The translations under genes and the position numbers were made by a program. From Leptogorgia sarmentosa (taxonomy: Eukaryota), in contig OZ210885.1 in the NCBI GenBank assembly GCA_964658305.1, forward strand, positions 3,410,001 to 3,474,000: 64,000 nt of DNA. The letters are read 5' to 3'. This document shows, piece after piece, positions 25,601 through 37,637 of the stretch; position 1 is the stretch's first letter, and each line of letters opens with the position of its first letter. The notes beneath the pieces are model-generated. The model was not told the DNA's origin. It made no database searches and saw only the letters and a program-made list of their open reading frames with translations.

Positions 25601-26317
25601 GCCATTTTAGCACAAAAGGAATACTACAAATGTAGTGTTTTCAACAAGTGTTAGGCCAGTGTGTGCGAATTTTGAAGCAACAATATTCGCTTACAATACA
25701 TGATCAAACCACTGATCATGTGGGCATTATTTTGACCTTTTTTCCTAATAATTTTAAATCTTTCAGTGCTAATGTTGATATTTTTTTTATTTGGACATTT
25801 GTTTCGTAGTATTTTAGGTTATAGCACTTGAACTGTTAAGGCTCTCCCAATTCTTTGGCAAGGGGCTGATAAAAATCAAGGTAAGCATTAATGCATGATA
25901 AAACATTTGCCAAAACATTTTGTTTTAAACATTTTGTTGCCTTTTGGTAGCAATGAGCAAAATTTGCATGGATTTATATGGTTCAACACAAAGAATACAA
26001 AGCATGAATATTCCAAAGCACTATGAACAGCTTTAATAAAAAAATATCACATGAATAAGGCAACATGGACTTTGGTGAAAATTTTATAATATATATTGCA
26101 TACTGATATGCAATTTTATAATAGATATTGCATATCCTATCAATATTGTCCAAGACATGATGAACCAACAATTTTGATCAATCATGATAATTTTTAATCA
26201 AAATCATTCAAGATATGATGAACCATCATTATATATGGATAATTTGATTTATATAATAAGTTATATGATTACTATACTTATATACATTGTCAATTATGCA
26301 ACACAAGGTCCATTTAA

Positions 26318-29300
26318 CCCTTTAATGCACGAGGAGTACCTGAAAATTGGTGAATATGCTACATTAGCAACCAGTTTTTGATTCATAATTTTTTTAAAAA
26401 ATCAGTTATCCAGGGGGTAATAATTTTGTCCAGTATACTGGACATTGTGCATATCAGGAAAGAGCATGGTCAAAAACCATTGAACAAATATATAAAAGAA
26501 CTTATTTGTAGAGTGAAACGTTTTCCATTATCAATTACAACACTAACTACCAACTAAAGTTTATAAAATTCACTTTCCATGGAAATTTACAAAACAAGTG
26601 CTCTTAGTTACGCACAACTTAATATTGCACTTGCTGCACATAAACATTGTTTTTCACTTGCAGCCGTCCATTTTGCACCGCTGTGCATTTTTTGTATCTG
26701 CAAGGATTGGCCAGTGATCATACTTGTCATATCTTATTCCTTCTGGAATATCTGATGCTCTAATTCTTTCTTTGGTGGTGGTGCTTCTGGCTGATCTTCA
26801 TCTCGACTCATCACTTTTGTAGCTTCCCTGCCATGAGGGTGACACAAATTTCAGTGAGGAAATCCAAATAGGTTTTCAATCCTCCCATCTCCTTGTATAT
26901 AATCCATGCATTGACTGCACATTGACTAATCAAGTGCAATGCAATTCTCTGATACCATTTGCAAGACCTATATTTTGTGCGATATAGGGCCAACATCATG
27001 TCAGACCTGTCAATACCACCCATGTAGTTGTTATATAACTCGATTGAAGCAGGCCGTTCAACACTTGCTGTAGCTTTCTCTTGCGAATATAGCGGGTACA
27101 TTTCCCAAAGCCATCGTTTCCAACAAAATTTGAAATCATGAGCACTCTTGCTGTTGTACCAAGATGTCACAACAACTGAATTCTCTTTGTTGACATTGAT
27201 TGTCGAAGCACCTCTCCCTCTTCTTCAACTTTTTCCTTTTGGCAAAGGGCATTTTCTCGACCTATTGACATTCATTGTTGCCAATGCCCAAAAACCCCTT
27301 ACTTGCCAAATATTCCATCAGCTCTGAACTGGAAAAGAATTTGTCGAAGAAAAGTTGATGCTTTTCTTGTTCAAGCTTTTCGATCAAGCGAAGGACAACA
27401 AACCCACTTTCGCCACACTTTTCTGGTGTATCTCACCCATCTGGAGGCCCAGTTTTCCCCTTTTCCCCATCTACCTCAAAGGTATAGACATACCCAGAGA
27501 CAGCAGCAAGGGCCCATAGCTTATAGCCCCATTTCTTTGGCAGGTCCGCTTCGGACTACTGGTGGGCTCCTTTGAATGGTACTACTTGCTCATTAACAGC
27601 GACATAGGTTTCAGGGATCACAGCTTTAAAGAACTTTTCTCTGATATAATGACAAGTGGCTGGATCTTATAGCACTTGTTGTAAGATTCACTGCTCACAG
27701 CAGGGATCCAATTAATGTCTTTATAATGGAGCAATTGCATTATTTTGGCAAATCGGTTTACTCCCATTGTGTTCGCGATAATGTCAACTTTAGTGTTATT
27801 TTGCCAGTACATTCGTCTATTTGGCAACTTGAGAACACCCATGTACAAGACAATTCCAAACACTTTCTTGATATCCTCAACACTGATCTCATCCATCCTA
27901 TCATTGATCTTGTTTATTGACAGGTTGTGTTTGTTCCAGGATCATGTCATACAGTTCACTGGTAACAAACAAGTTGAAAAACTCTATTGGTGAGCTATTC
28001 TTTGAAAGACCAGCTAACAAATTTGGGTTGATCTTCAATTTCCTCTCGTCAATTTTGGACCTTCTCAGAACATTCCAGGTTTGCTTTCCCGTCAAAAGCC
28101 ATTGATAACAGTGCCGTAAACATACATTTTGATTAAAAATTGGTCAATTGAAAGCCAGGAACTTCTAGAGTCCTAAATTACTCAAGAATTATCTGCATCT
28201 ATAGATGTACTTAGCATCATACGCGTACGAGGCGGGGGGGCAAGGGGGACAACTTTCCCCCAAAAAAATTTCAAATTGGAAAATTTGGGCAAAAATCTGA
28301 GGAATAAGGTAATGTCAACAATCCTCCAGTCGTTTCACCTGAACAAACGTACCAAGAAAGTGGAGTGAGGACTCTGAAATCGCCGTTTCCGGCAATGCAG
28401 AGGTGGTAAAAGTTCAAAAATTTCTTGCTCGGCGCCAACCATGGTGTCGCCTCATGACATTCGCTACCCTCAAATTCGGGCAAAGATAAACTTTCTGCCC
28501 ACCCCCCTGAAAAAATCTAGCCTGTACGCTTATGCTTAGCATTGAACATGAAATACTAGACTCACTTAAGTTAATGTCGAAGTGGCTGGTAAATGCCACT
28601 TTCACATTAAAATGCTATTCTCTATGTTCCACATATTAGTTCTTGACGATATAATGGACAAGACTTTCAATTTGATTACATATATGTTTCATGTTTTCAT
28701 ATTCACCAAATTACGGCCCTTTACTTTTTGTTTATCCCCGGCCCAATGATGGGTTAACTGTCGTACGACTACATGATTATTCTTCTTCAACCACTTCTGT
28801 ATCACTTTCTGTAATAAGTAAATATAAAATATATATTCAATATAGAATGTTTAAAATGTTTAATTCAGGTGCTGTTGATAATTTTATAAGATTTGGTAGG
28901 CTTACCAGAAGAAGATCCTGTGGCATCCTCTCCCAAATCAACATCACATGCCTCTTCTAACTCTTCATCGCTTCCTCCCGATTCTGCTTCACTGATATCT
29001 GTGTCTGGCAAATCTACAATATTTTGAGCAGGTCTTCTACTCCCATCTGCAGCAACATTGAATATTATCTTCGAACGTTGTAAATAGTTGTAATGTAATG
29101 TCTTCATATCTCTTGTTTTTCCTTTCATTCTAGGGCCGGGAAATTCTTTCATTTCTGTGCTCATTTTTTCCAATCTAAATAATGGATCCAGTTCCAGATC
29201 TAAATAATGGATACAAACAAACTAAGAAAACGCAGTATTGATCATTTCTTCAATGAAAACAATCTGGTCAACACAGCTTCATATTACATCATAAACTGAA

Positions 29301-29570
29301 TTTATAAATGCACGACGTCCAGTACACTGGGCAACTATGAAATACGAATTTTTTTCATAAAATATATGCGATCGCCAAACAAAAATAACTTATAAACATT
29401 ATATAAACCTACTAATATGCCTTGCCTTGATGAACATTCAAACTAAAAAAAGTTCCTCACATGGATTGTTGGTCTTGACGCCATCTTGATTTCCACAGAT
29501 TGGAATGCTGATTTCTCTATTGATAAATTATCCCAGGCATAAAAAATTATGCCCTGTAGATCCTGTATTT
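26318..29570 (-). mobile_element. Degenerate piggyBac element 2 with one intact terminus
   Basis: TTAA|CCCTTT end at 26314-26320; internal inverted repeats 26427-26452 / 29308-29333 (22/26); SPIEFF, LPNRRMYW, KKWAIS, YNNYMGGIDRSD, Cys-rich C-terminus; other end replaced by MULE-derived repeat. Confidence 0.85.
28218..28534. mobile_element. hAT-type MITE inserted in piggyBac 2
   Basis: 8-bp TSD CTTAGCAT (28210-28217, 28535-28542); TIR CATACGCGTAC / GTACGCTTATG. Confidence 0.88.
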
Positions 29571-29577
29571 CTTATGT

Positions 29578-30611
29578 CAATGAGTGCGGAGTCAGCATTG
29601 GCATTTGGACAAAATGTCATCTAATACACACATCTTTGAATTTCTCCAAATAGCTTGCGTCCAATGGAACACACATCCTTGAATACTCATCAAAGAAGGC
29701 CAGAAGGCAATAAAGAAAAAATAAGTTTTACATTTAAATTATTTTGAATCGGTGTAGCCCTAACAGCTATCTTGTGGTAGGCCGTGATGGCTCTCACATC
29801 CTGGTTAGTTTTCGTTTTAGGGTTTTTTATTGCTTGCGCCTCTTCCAGAATGATGTAGTCCTATATAATGAGAGAATATACTGCATTCATTTTGCTTACA
29901 TTACATCTGATCGAATGTCTATTGGCCCTACATTCTCTTTTAAGAAATAAGAACGGCCTTTGAGACAGGTGTCTGCAGGATTCTGGGAACATGCCAATGA
30001 GTGCGGAGTCAGCTTTGGCATTTGGAGAAAATGTCATCTAATACACACATCTTTGAATTTCTCCAAATAGCTAGCATCCAATGGAACACACATCCTTGAA
30101 TACTCATCAAAGAAGGCCAGAAGGCAATAAAGAAAAAATAAGTTTTACATTTAAATTATTTTGAATCGGCGTAGCCCTAACAGCTATCTTGTGGTAGGCC
30201 GTGATGGCTCTCACATCCTGGTTAGTTTTCGTTTTAGGGTTTTTTATTGCTTGCGCCTCTTCCAGAATGATGTAGTCCTATATAATGAGAGAATATACTG
30301 CATTCATTTTGCTTACATTACATCTGATCGAATGTCTATTGGCCCTACATTCTCTTTTAAGAAATAAGAACGGCCTTTGAGACAGGTGTCTGCAGGATTC
30401 TGGGAACATGCCAATGAGTGCGGAGTCAGCTTTGGCATTTGGAGAAAATGTCATCTAATACACACATCTTTGAATTTCTCCAAATAGCTAGCATCCAATG
30501 GAACACACATCCTTGAATACTCATCAAAGAAGGCCAGAAGGCAATGAAGAAAAAATAAGTCTTGCACTTAAATTATTTTGAATCGGCGTAGCCCGAACGG
30601 CTATCTTGTGG
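29578..30611. repeat. 417-bp tandem repeat, ~2.5 copies, chimeric SNF2-exon/MULE sequence
   Basis: Unit starts at 29578, 29995, 30412; third copy diverges after ~30540. Confidence 0.92.
29732..29860 (-). pseudogene. SNF2-family helicase exon relic (motifs II-III); copy 2 at 30149-30277, partial at 30566-30611
   Basis: tag|DYIILEEAQAIKNPKTKTNQDVRAITAYHKIAVRATPIQNNLN|gt; 129 nt, AG/GT bounded. Confidence 0.75.
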
Positions 30612-31380
30612 CCTAGCTTGCGTCCAATGGAACACACATCCTTGAATACTGGCTTTTGGTAGGGTGTTGTGAGACCGACTGCTTGTACCTTTCTCCAAAT
30701 AGCTTGCGTCCAATGAAACACACATCCTTGAATACTCTTCAAAGAAGGCAATGAAGGAAAAACAAGTCTTACATACAATTTCATTAAAGTATTTAACGAA
30801 TGATGGTATCAAAATGCCATACTCATGTGCTAATTTTATGGCTTCAACTTCAACCTTTATCACAGAATATTTCCTTAATAACTTTTGTTTGCACTTTAGC
30901 ATTTGCTCCAACCTTATGCGTCAAATATTTACTACATTTTCCTGCAAATATCTGGTACACAATAAATGGTGGGATGATGGAAAGCATTGTTTTATTGCAT
31001 TGTTTTATTGCTTTGGTTAGTGCATAGTTTGCATCGCACAAATATTTTCTGCCAGCTTTGATTGGAGGTGGAAAAGGAATCTATGATAAGTTGGGTAAAG
31101 TCTGCCCCAATGCGAATACACTGCCTCAAGCATAATTGGTGGATTTGTTGTGCCCTTTCTAATTAAGTCAGTATTGTGGTACACTAAAATTGTTGCAAAG
31201 CAAGCACGAAGATTGAATGTTCTGTCAATACCCACCACACTGGGATGATTTGCATATGGTGTACAGAATTTGAAAATGTCATTTAGATTGTGTTCCAAAT
31301 ATGAAAGCATCTTATTTTTATTCCATGATAAATCGTTATCCAACACTCGGAGTTGCAAACAAAAAGGTAACATTTTGATT
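30612..31380 (-). mobile_element. MULE-like transposase fragments
   Basis: SIQGCVFHWTQAIWRKVQ..GL (CxxH motif); VVGIDRTFNL..PPIML..TYHRFL. Confidence 0.7.
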
Positions 31381-31920
31381 GAAATTACAAATATTTATAA
31401 ATCAGATATTAAAATAATTTATTTCTAAACAGGATCATCTTTATTGATTCCTAAACAGGATCATCTTTGTAAGCTGGTGGGTGCCTGACACTAGGCTGTG
31501 TGTTAACTGCCGTTGTGGTGTTGTTTGCCATAGGTGAAGAGTCTCAAGGTAAAGTATCTTTCTGCCGTTAATTTGATCAATAATGATCTATGTTTCTCTT
31601 CAAATAAATTGCCTTCGCATCCTTGCTCGTGATCTTGGAAGATTTCAGGGGTTGAATCCATTACAAAGTGGTTGCACACAATCAGAACTAGTATTCAATA
31701 ATGTTGTATACAGATTGTGATGGTATTTGTAGGCCACCATTGTTGACAAATAAGCTGATGTAGAGAAACTTGACTATAATTCATTTCACAATTGTCATGG
31801 TCTGTAGTTGGCAGTTAAAGTGGGAAAGTAGGATTGCATAATTTGCATGATAGTTTCTTAACCAGTTTTAAAAAAACTGTTCTGCAAGAAATTCAGATGA
31901 ACTGGTTGAATTGAGGTGGC

Positions 31921-32275
31921 CAGGGGCGCCGGAAGCCACCTGAAGCGGCGGGGGCAGCCATTTAAAAAGGGTAGCTTTTTCTAGACATTAAATGTTCCTG
32001 TGCTGCAATGTTAGGTAAGATTTTCCTATATGGATACTGGCCCACGCTGGACAAGATGTTTTTATATAAAATAAATTCGATCCAATTTTATTTTACGTAT
32101 TACTTTACATTGAATTATATTTAAGAAACACAATTACACCTGTTAACGCTAATAATGCATGATTAATGAAATATCCTTCATATCCTCCATGTGGAAATGG
32201 GCAACGAGTTGCCTCCGCCCTGCCCCCGCACCGTAAGGGTAATGCGCCAGCTGGCCCGTGCTTCCGCCGCCCCTG
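31921..32275. mobile_element. hAT-type MITE
   Basis: 8-bp TSD GAGGTGGC on both sides; 16-bp TIR CAGGGGCGCCGGAAGC with one mismatch. Confidence 0.9.
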
Positions 32276-32685
32276 GAGGTGGCTACAGAGTAAATCTTCT
32301 TCAAGACTGCTTTCAGGTTCTGGTGCAGTTTCTTTTAAAAATTATCAGCATTAACAATTACAAATTTTAATTAAAGTTAAAATGTTAAAGCTAATGTGTA
32401 TGATTTTAGCTGTTTGTAACACTAACATTTCAAATGATCTGAAAAAAGCCTTTCTCTACCATTTCCTGGCTTTTCTTCCTAGTGAATAGTAGGTAAGATA
32501 TTGATCTCTGTCATTAATGTCCTCCAAAAGCGAGTCTTTGTATGTCTTTACTACTGGTTTTGTGTCATTCATCAGAGTCATTAATAAGTCCATTTTTTGG
32601 GTCACACAATTTAAGTCAGTTGAGCTGTTATTTCTTGGCATGTAAATGGCAGTAGCTTTGCTACTCCCTGACGCCTGAGGCGAGT

Positions 32686-32769
32686 CTTGTCGCCTTTTCT
32701 CCCCTCTTCTTTTTGTCGCCTTTTCTCCCCTCTTCTTCTTGTCGCCTTTTCTCCCCTCTTCTTCTTGTC
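32686..32769. repeat. 26-bp pyrimidine-rich tandem repeat x3.2
   Basis: cttgtcgccttttctcccctcttctt at period 26. Confidence 0.9.
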
Positions 32770-33169
32770 ACTAAGAATCATCCTCGTCCTCTAGTGGGGG
32801 ATTTTCAACTATCTTCAGGTCCTCTGTGTCAGAGGTGCTTTTTGTGTGGTCACACACTGGGTTGAGGACAAAATGTCATCTAAAACACCGGAGCCTGATG
32901 TTATATTTGTTGCCATTATCATGAAAGTTTTCAAACTTTGTCCAGTTCCAGCTGGGATGGGCGAATCAAATATAGATGTTTTGCAAGATCGCAATATGGT
33001 GAAGGGATTGCACTTTGGAACCGACCTGGTGTATGTCTGACACAGTGATAGCTTAATTATGGGATTATGCAAAAACCCTGTCGCTTCTCACCTGTTACGC
33101 TAAAACCTAAAACATCTTGTCAGAACATTTCCTCATTAACTTAATTTTATTAATTGCTTAATAAAATTG

Positions 33170-33300
33170 CTACATTATCGGCGGTTTGCTTCACGTTATT
33201 ATTCCTTGGTCACTCTAACGAGAAGCTCAACTTCATCATCCGTCCATATGAAAGGTTCTGGTTTGCTTTTCGCCTTTTGATTTACCTGTTCCTTTCGTTG
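33170..33300 (-). mobile_element. Harbinger-associated Myb/SANT-like ORF, N-terminal fragment (C-terminal-type piece at 38765-38870)
   Basis: FIWTDDEVELLVRVTKE; second piece NSGKKSGHGRVVLIYFESCETIWG. Confidence 0.6.
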
Positions 33301-33434
33301 ACTTGGCCGTTTCAGTAAATTCAATCCAAACAGATATGATTTATGATAGGAAATATGATTTTTTTCTAAATTGTACCAAATTAACATAATTGTCATGTCC
33401 AAAATCAGTTGGAAGTAAACACACCAGTTCTGTC

Positions 33435-33890
33435 TACAGGCTTATCATAAACGATATTATATTCCTTTTTCATTTGTTTGGTTACAATTTCTTTATTTTA
33501 GGGTATTTCTTGTAATTCTAAACGGAATGTCCACTGACACTTGCCCTGTCAATCGACATTTGGCGTGCAAATACACCAATGCACGAATCACTTCAAAGTC
33601 CACCTTTTGCCTCGCCCTACAAGCCAAAGTAATGCCACCAAAGTCTGGATGCCAAAGTCTTTAGCCATATACATTTGATAGCAATATTTTTTTGGAATAC
33701 ACAATGCAAACATCGTAATCTGTTCCCCTCCTAATTCATTGGTTAATGCGCCCATGTGGTTGCCCAAAGGAGATTCGGATTCGTTTGATTAATTGCAATA
33801 AATTGAAAAATTCGTTGGGTGAACTTTTAGCAGCAGTTGATTCTGTCTGTCATTTAGTACAGACTCTTGTGACTAAATTTGTTGAGATGG
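33435..33890 (-). mobile_element. Polinton/Maverick polB C-terminal fragment
   Basis: Own translation across frameshifts: PLGNHMGALTNELGG..PKN, GITLACRARQKVDFEVIRALV..VDIPFRITRN, KEIVTKQMKKEYNIVYDK. Confidence 0.7.
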
Positions 33891-34028
33891 GTCAGCCTGA
33901 TGATCAAGGTTCTCATATCCAAACCTCTCGCTATCAAAGCTTGTGCTGTATGCAGGACTTGTTGGAGCTGGGCTTAAGCTTCTGCAATCTGGATTCTACC
34001 TCTCTAATGTCTGTAAATTCAATACCAG

Positions 34029-34239
34029 TGTAGTATCAATGAAAATAACCAACACGTTTCGGTAACTTTATTACACAGTCTTTCTCTACTTTAACACACA
34101 CGTTATCGTTATCACATTCAGACAAGACACACACTAGCTAAGGTATCGTGTTACCGCATAGTGTCACTATACAGCCAACAATCACAAATTAAAAGGTCAA
34201 AGGTCTATATCTATATAAGGTCAATATCTATATACTACA
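34029..34239 (-). repeat. 3' LTR
   Basis: Identical to 38540-38750; preceded on the minus strand by a G-rich polypurine tract at 34240-34255. Confidence 0.97.
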
Positions 34240-34253
34240 CTACTCCCCCCCCT

Positions 34254-37200
34254 TTAAGAGAGAGCGTCCTCGATCTCTACATCTTCCAAATTAAAGTCTT
34301 GATACCGGTCCGGTTGTCGACGTACCCGGGTCGAACGGCGTAGACTGAAACTCGTAGGCGTCTCCTGTGGTGCAGTTAACTGTTCATCTTCATGATGGGT
34401 TATAACCGGCTCCTCGCGCTCATTCTTCTTGGATGCTCCTGGATTCAAACGACTCTCTACCCTCTTCAAACGATTCTGATGGACCACTTTCGTCTGTGCT
34501 TTTCCCGCTCGCGGTCTAATGTGGTAATTGACGCGACCCAGTTGGCGAAGTACCTCGTACGGTCCTGTCCACTCTTTGTGGAACTTATGACTTTTCCCCT
34601 TCGCTATTGCCTTACTATTCAACAACACCAAATCGCCAGGCTTGAACTGCGTACCCTCTACTTTAGTTGCTTTGTCGTAGTCTTCCTTTTGACGCTTCTG
34701 AGCCAGGTTGATGTTAGTTGCCACGTTTTTATGCACCTTACGTAATGTTTGCTCGAGCTCGTCGCAATAGTTGTCTGATAAGCCCCTGGTGGGCATATTT
34801 TCTTCATTCCGCAACGTTAATGGAGCGACAGCTTCACGACCATAGACCGCTTTAAATGGTGAAACGCCCGATGATCGGTGTATGCTTGTCCGATAGGCGA
34901 ACAACGCTAACTGTAGGTGAATGTCCCAATCGTCGTGGTCGTCGTTTACGTACGAAGTCAGGATCCCCTTTAAGGTGCGATTAAATCGCTCTACTTGTCC
35001 ATCGGTCTGGGGATGGTACGGCGAGGTTCGCACTTTCTTCACCCCAAGGAGCTGCATTACCTTCTTCATCAGGTCCGACTCGAAGTTTCTCCCCTGGTCC
35101 GTCAAGATCCTGTCTGGGATTCCGTGACGAGTGATCACTTGGTCGACAAACGCTCGAGCTACGGTGTCTGCACACTGGTTAGGCATCGGTACGGCCTCAA
35201 CCCACTTTGTGAAATGGTCGGACATCACAAGTACATATTGGTTGCCTCGAGCTGTCATCGGTAGTGGACCCATGATATCCATTGCCCACAGTTCCATAGG
35301 TTTTGCGACGGGGATGCTTTGCATTGGGGCTCTTCGGGTGGGGACTGGGGATTTCCGGCGGGTACATAGCTCACACTCTGCTATCCAGAGCTGTACTTCG
35401 GCTGCCATACCAGGCCAATAGTACTGGCGTTGTAACCGTTCTACACAGCGAGTAACACCCATGTGTCCCGAGCATGGGTTGTTGTGCGACAAATCGAGGA
35501 CATGGCCTCTCATTTGTCTGGGGACAACTAAAACCAAACGTTCATCTCTGCAACCTTGTTCTACTCGACGGTACAACACTCCGTTTACAACTGTCAGTTG
35601 CGACCAAAGTTGCCTGTAGCGTTTAAGTTCTCCGTCCGTTGACCAGTCTCCATTAGTTTCGGGTGGTTCTTTCGTTATCGTAAGATGGTCAATCACGCGC
35701 GCGATACCGTGGTCTGCACCCTGGGCGTCTCGAAGCTCGTCCAAGGACCACTGGGGTAATATTTCCGTGGCTGCAATTCCTACGGCAAGTTGGTCGTCAT
35801 CATTGATCACTAGCTGGGGTGGAGGAACCTTTGGTGGAAAACGAGAAAGGGCGTCGGCATTCCCATTTTGTCTTCCCGGTCGATGCTTTATGTCGAACTG
35901 GTATTCTTGTAAGTTTAGAATCCACCGCGCCAACCGACCTTTCGGCTCCTTGAGTCCCTGGAGCCATGTGAGACATTGGTGATCTGTCACGACATCAAAT
36001 TGTTTCCCGAGGAGATAAGTCCGCCAATAATTAACCGACCAAACAATTGCTAAGCATTCCTTTTCAGTCGTGGAATAGTTCTTCTCGGCGGATGTTAAAG
36101 CCCGACTGGCATACGCAATGACGTGTTCTCGACAGCCGATGCGTTGGGCTAATACGGCACCCAGGCCCACATCACTGGCGTCCGTGTAGACGGTAAAAGG
36201 TAGGGAAAAATTCGGCAAGGCAAGGACGGGTGAGGAGCAAAGGTGATTCTTCAAAGTGGCGAAGGCCTTGTCAGCCTGAGTTGACCAGCAAAAGTCCCGT
36301 TCACCTTTTGTGAGGTCATGAAGAGGGGCGGCGATACTTGCAAAACCATTGACGAAACGCCGGTAGTAAGACGCCATGCCTAGAAAGCACCGAACTTCAC
36401 TTGCTGAGGTGGGGGTTGGGAAATCTTGCACTGCTTTCACCTTCTCGGGATCCGGCTCTGTACCTTGAGAAGAAACGACATGCCCCAGAAACTTTACTGA
36501 TGCTTTCCCAAACTGGCACTTCGCTCGTTTAAGTTTCAAACCAGCTGCGCGGATACGACCGAGGACATCCTCGAGAATAGGGTGGTGTTCTTCCCACGTG
36601 TCGGCAAATATGATGATGTCATCCAAGAAAACTAGACATCCTTTCACTCCCTTCAGGATGGTGCTCATCATACGCTGGAAAGTAGCAGGAGCGTTGGTCA
36701 GGCCAAAAGGCATGACTGTAAACTCGTAATGGTTCACCCCAACTGAGAACGCTGTTTTCTCTCTGTCTTCTTTTCGTAACGGAACCTGCCAATAACCGGA
36801 TGCAAGGTCCAGTGTACTAAAACATCTTGCTCCACCCAACTGATCGAGAATGTCATCGATTCGTGGCATTGGTTGCGCGTCCTTCTTCGTCACCGAATTG
36901 ACCCGACGAAAATCGACACAAAACCGATAATTCCCATCCTTTTTGGGCGCTAGTACAATTGGTGATGACCAGGGACTAGTGCTTGGTCTAATGAGACCTC
37001 GCTCTAGCATTTCCGCAACTTGTTGATTAACAACGGGTTGAAGGTGTACAGGAATTCGGTAGGGGCGTTGCTTGATCGGTCGACTGTCTCCAGTGTCAAT
37101 GATATGTTCCGTGTCCCGAGTACAACCCAACGGATCGTTCGGACCGTTGACGAACACATCCGAATAATGCTCCAACAAAACACTCAACTTATTGACTGAT

Positions 37201-37583
37201 GGGGTTGTAAGCTCTACAACTAGTGGCACGCCACCCCCAGGCCAGGACAACTGCGAGTTCCCTACGTCGACTCGCATTTTGCTAGCTTTTAGGAAGTCAG
37301 CACCCAAAATACAAGTATTAGTCATGCCAACCACAACAAATGAATGAATAAACATGTCCTTACCCAACTGGAACTGGAGTTTTGCTTGACCAAGGACTTG
37401 GAGTTCTTCACCGCCGATTCCTCGAGCCCTCAGAGAACATGGTGTCAAAGGACCATGGACCAACTGGCGACTTACTAACGATACGGACGCTCCGGTATCT
37501 ACCAGACATTTTTGCTCACGTCCCTCAACACGTACTTCGATAAAAACCCCGGTCGGTTGGATACAATGTATTGGGAAGGCCAT
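34254..37583 (-). CDS. pol: Gypsy Pol (PR-RT-RNaseH-IN); frame stays open upstream to the slippery site at 37631-37637
   Basis: LVDTGAS, LDLASGYWQ, MPFGL, FLDD, TDAS, HHCC, D,D35E, GPY motif; 1109 aa uninterrupted. Confidence 0.97.
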   Translation of the reverse strand: MAFPIHCIQPTGVFIEVRVEGREQKCLVDTGASVSLVSRQLVHGPLTPCSLRARGIGGEELQVLGQAKLQFQLGKDMFIHSFVVVGMTNTCILGADFLKASKMRVDVGNSQLSWPGGGVPLVVELTTPSVNKLSVLLEHYSDVFVNGPNDPLGCTRDTEHIIDTGDSRPIKQRPYRIPVHLQPVVNQQVAEMLERGLIRPSTSPWSSPIVLAPKKDGNYRFCVDFRRVNSVTKKDAQPMPRIDDILDQLGGARCFSTLDLASGYWQVPLRKEDREKTAFSVGVNHYEFTVMPFGLTNAPATFQRMMSTILKGVKGCLVFLDDIIIFADTWEEHHPILEDVLGRIRAAGLKLKRAKCQFGKASVKFLGHVVSSQGTEPDPEKVKAVQDFPTPTSASEVRCFLGMASYYRRFVNGFASIAAPLHDLTKGERDFCWSTQADKAFATLKNHLCSSPVLALPNFSLPFTVYTDASDVGLGAVLAQRIGCREHVIAYASRALTSAEKNYSTTEKECLAIVWSVNYWRTYLLGKQFDVVTDHQCLTWLQGLKEPKGRLARWILNLQEYQFDIKHRPGRQNGNADALSRFPPKVPPPQLVINDDDQLAVGIAATEILPQWSLDELRDAQGADHGIARVIDHLTITKEPPETNGDWSTDGELKRYRQLWSQLTVVNGVLYRRVEQGCRDERLVLVVPRQMRGHVLDLSHNNPCSGHMGVTRCVERLQRQYYWPGMAAEVQLWIAECELCTRRKSPVPTRRAPMQSIPVAKPMELWAMDIMGPLPMTARGNQYVLVMSDHFTKWVEAVPMPNQCADTVARAFVDQVITRHGIPDRILTDQGRNFESDLMKKVMQLLGVKKVRTSPYHPQTDGQVERFNRTLKGILTSYVNDDHDDWDIHLQLALFAYRTSIHRSSGVSPFKAVYGREAVAPLTLRNEENMPTRGLSDNYCDELEQTLRKVHKNVATNINLAQKRQKEDYDKATKVEGTQFKPGDLVLLNSKAIAKGKSHKFHKEWTGPYEVLRQLGRVNYHIRPRAGKAQTKVVHQNRLKRVESRLNPGASKKNEREEPVITHHEDEQLTAPQETPTSFSLRRSTRVRRQPDRYQDFNLEDVEIEDALS

Positions 37584-37590
37584 AGCATTG

Positions 37591-37637
37591 CGGGTAGACT
37601 CGCGGCCTAATAGCGGGTCGACCCGTTGTCGTTTCCC
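37591..37637 (-). promoter_or_regulatory. Predicted -1 ribosomal frameshift signal
   Basis: G_GGA_AAC in gag frame, 5-nt spacer, then hairpin CGGGU-C-GAC-C-CGC..GCG-A-GUC-U-ACCCG; pol is in the -1 frame. Confidence 0.85.

Noticed and set aside
34029..34239. Hammerhead in the Gypsy LTR (minus-strand CGAAACGTG)
   Set aside because: No CUGANGA core or stem II upstream
37584..37609. Stop-codon readthrough between gag and pol
   Set aside because: pol is in the -1 frame, not in frame with the gag TAG
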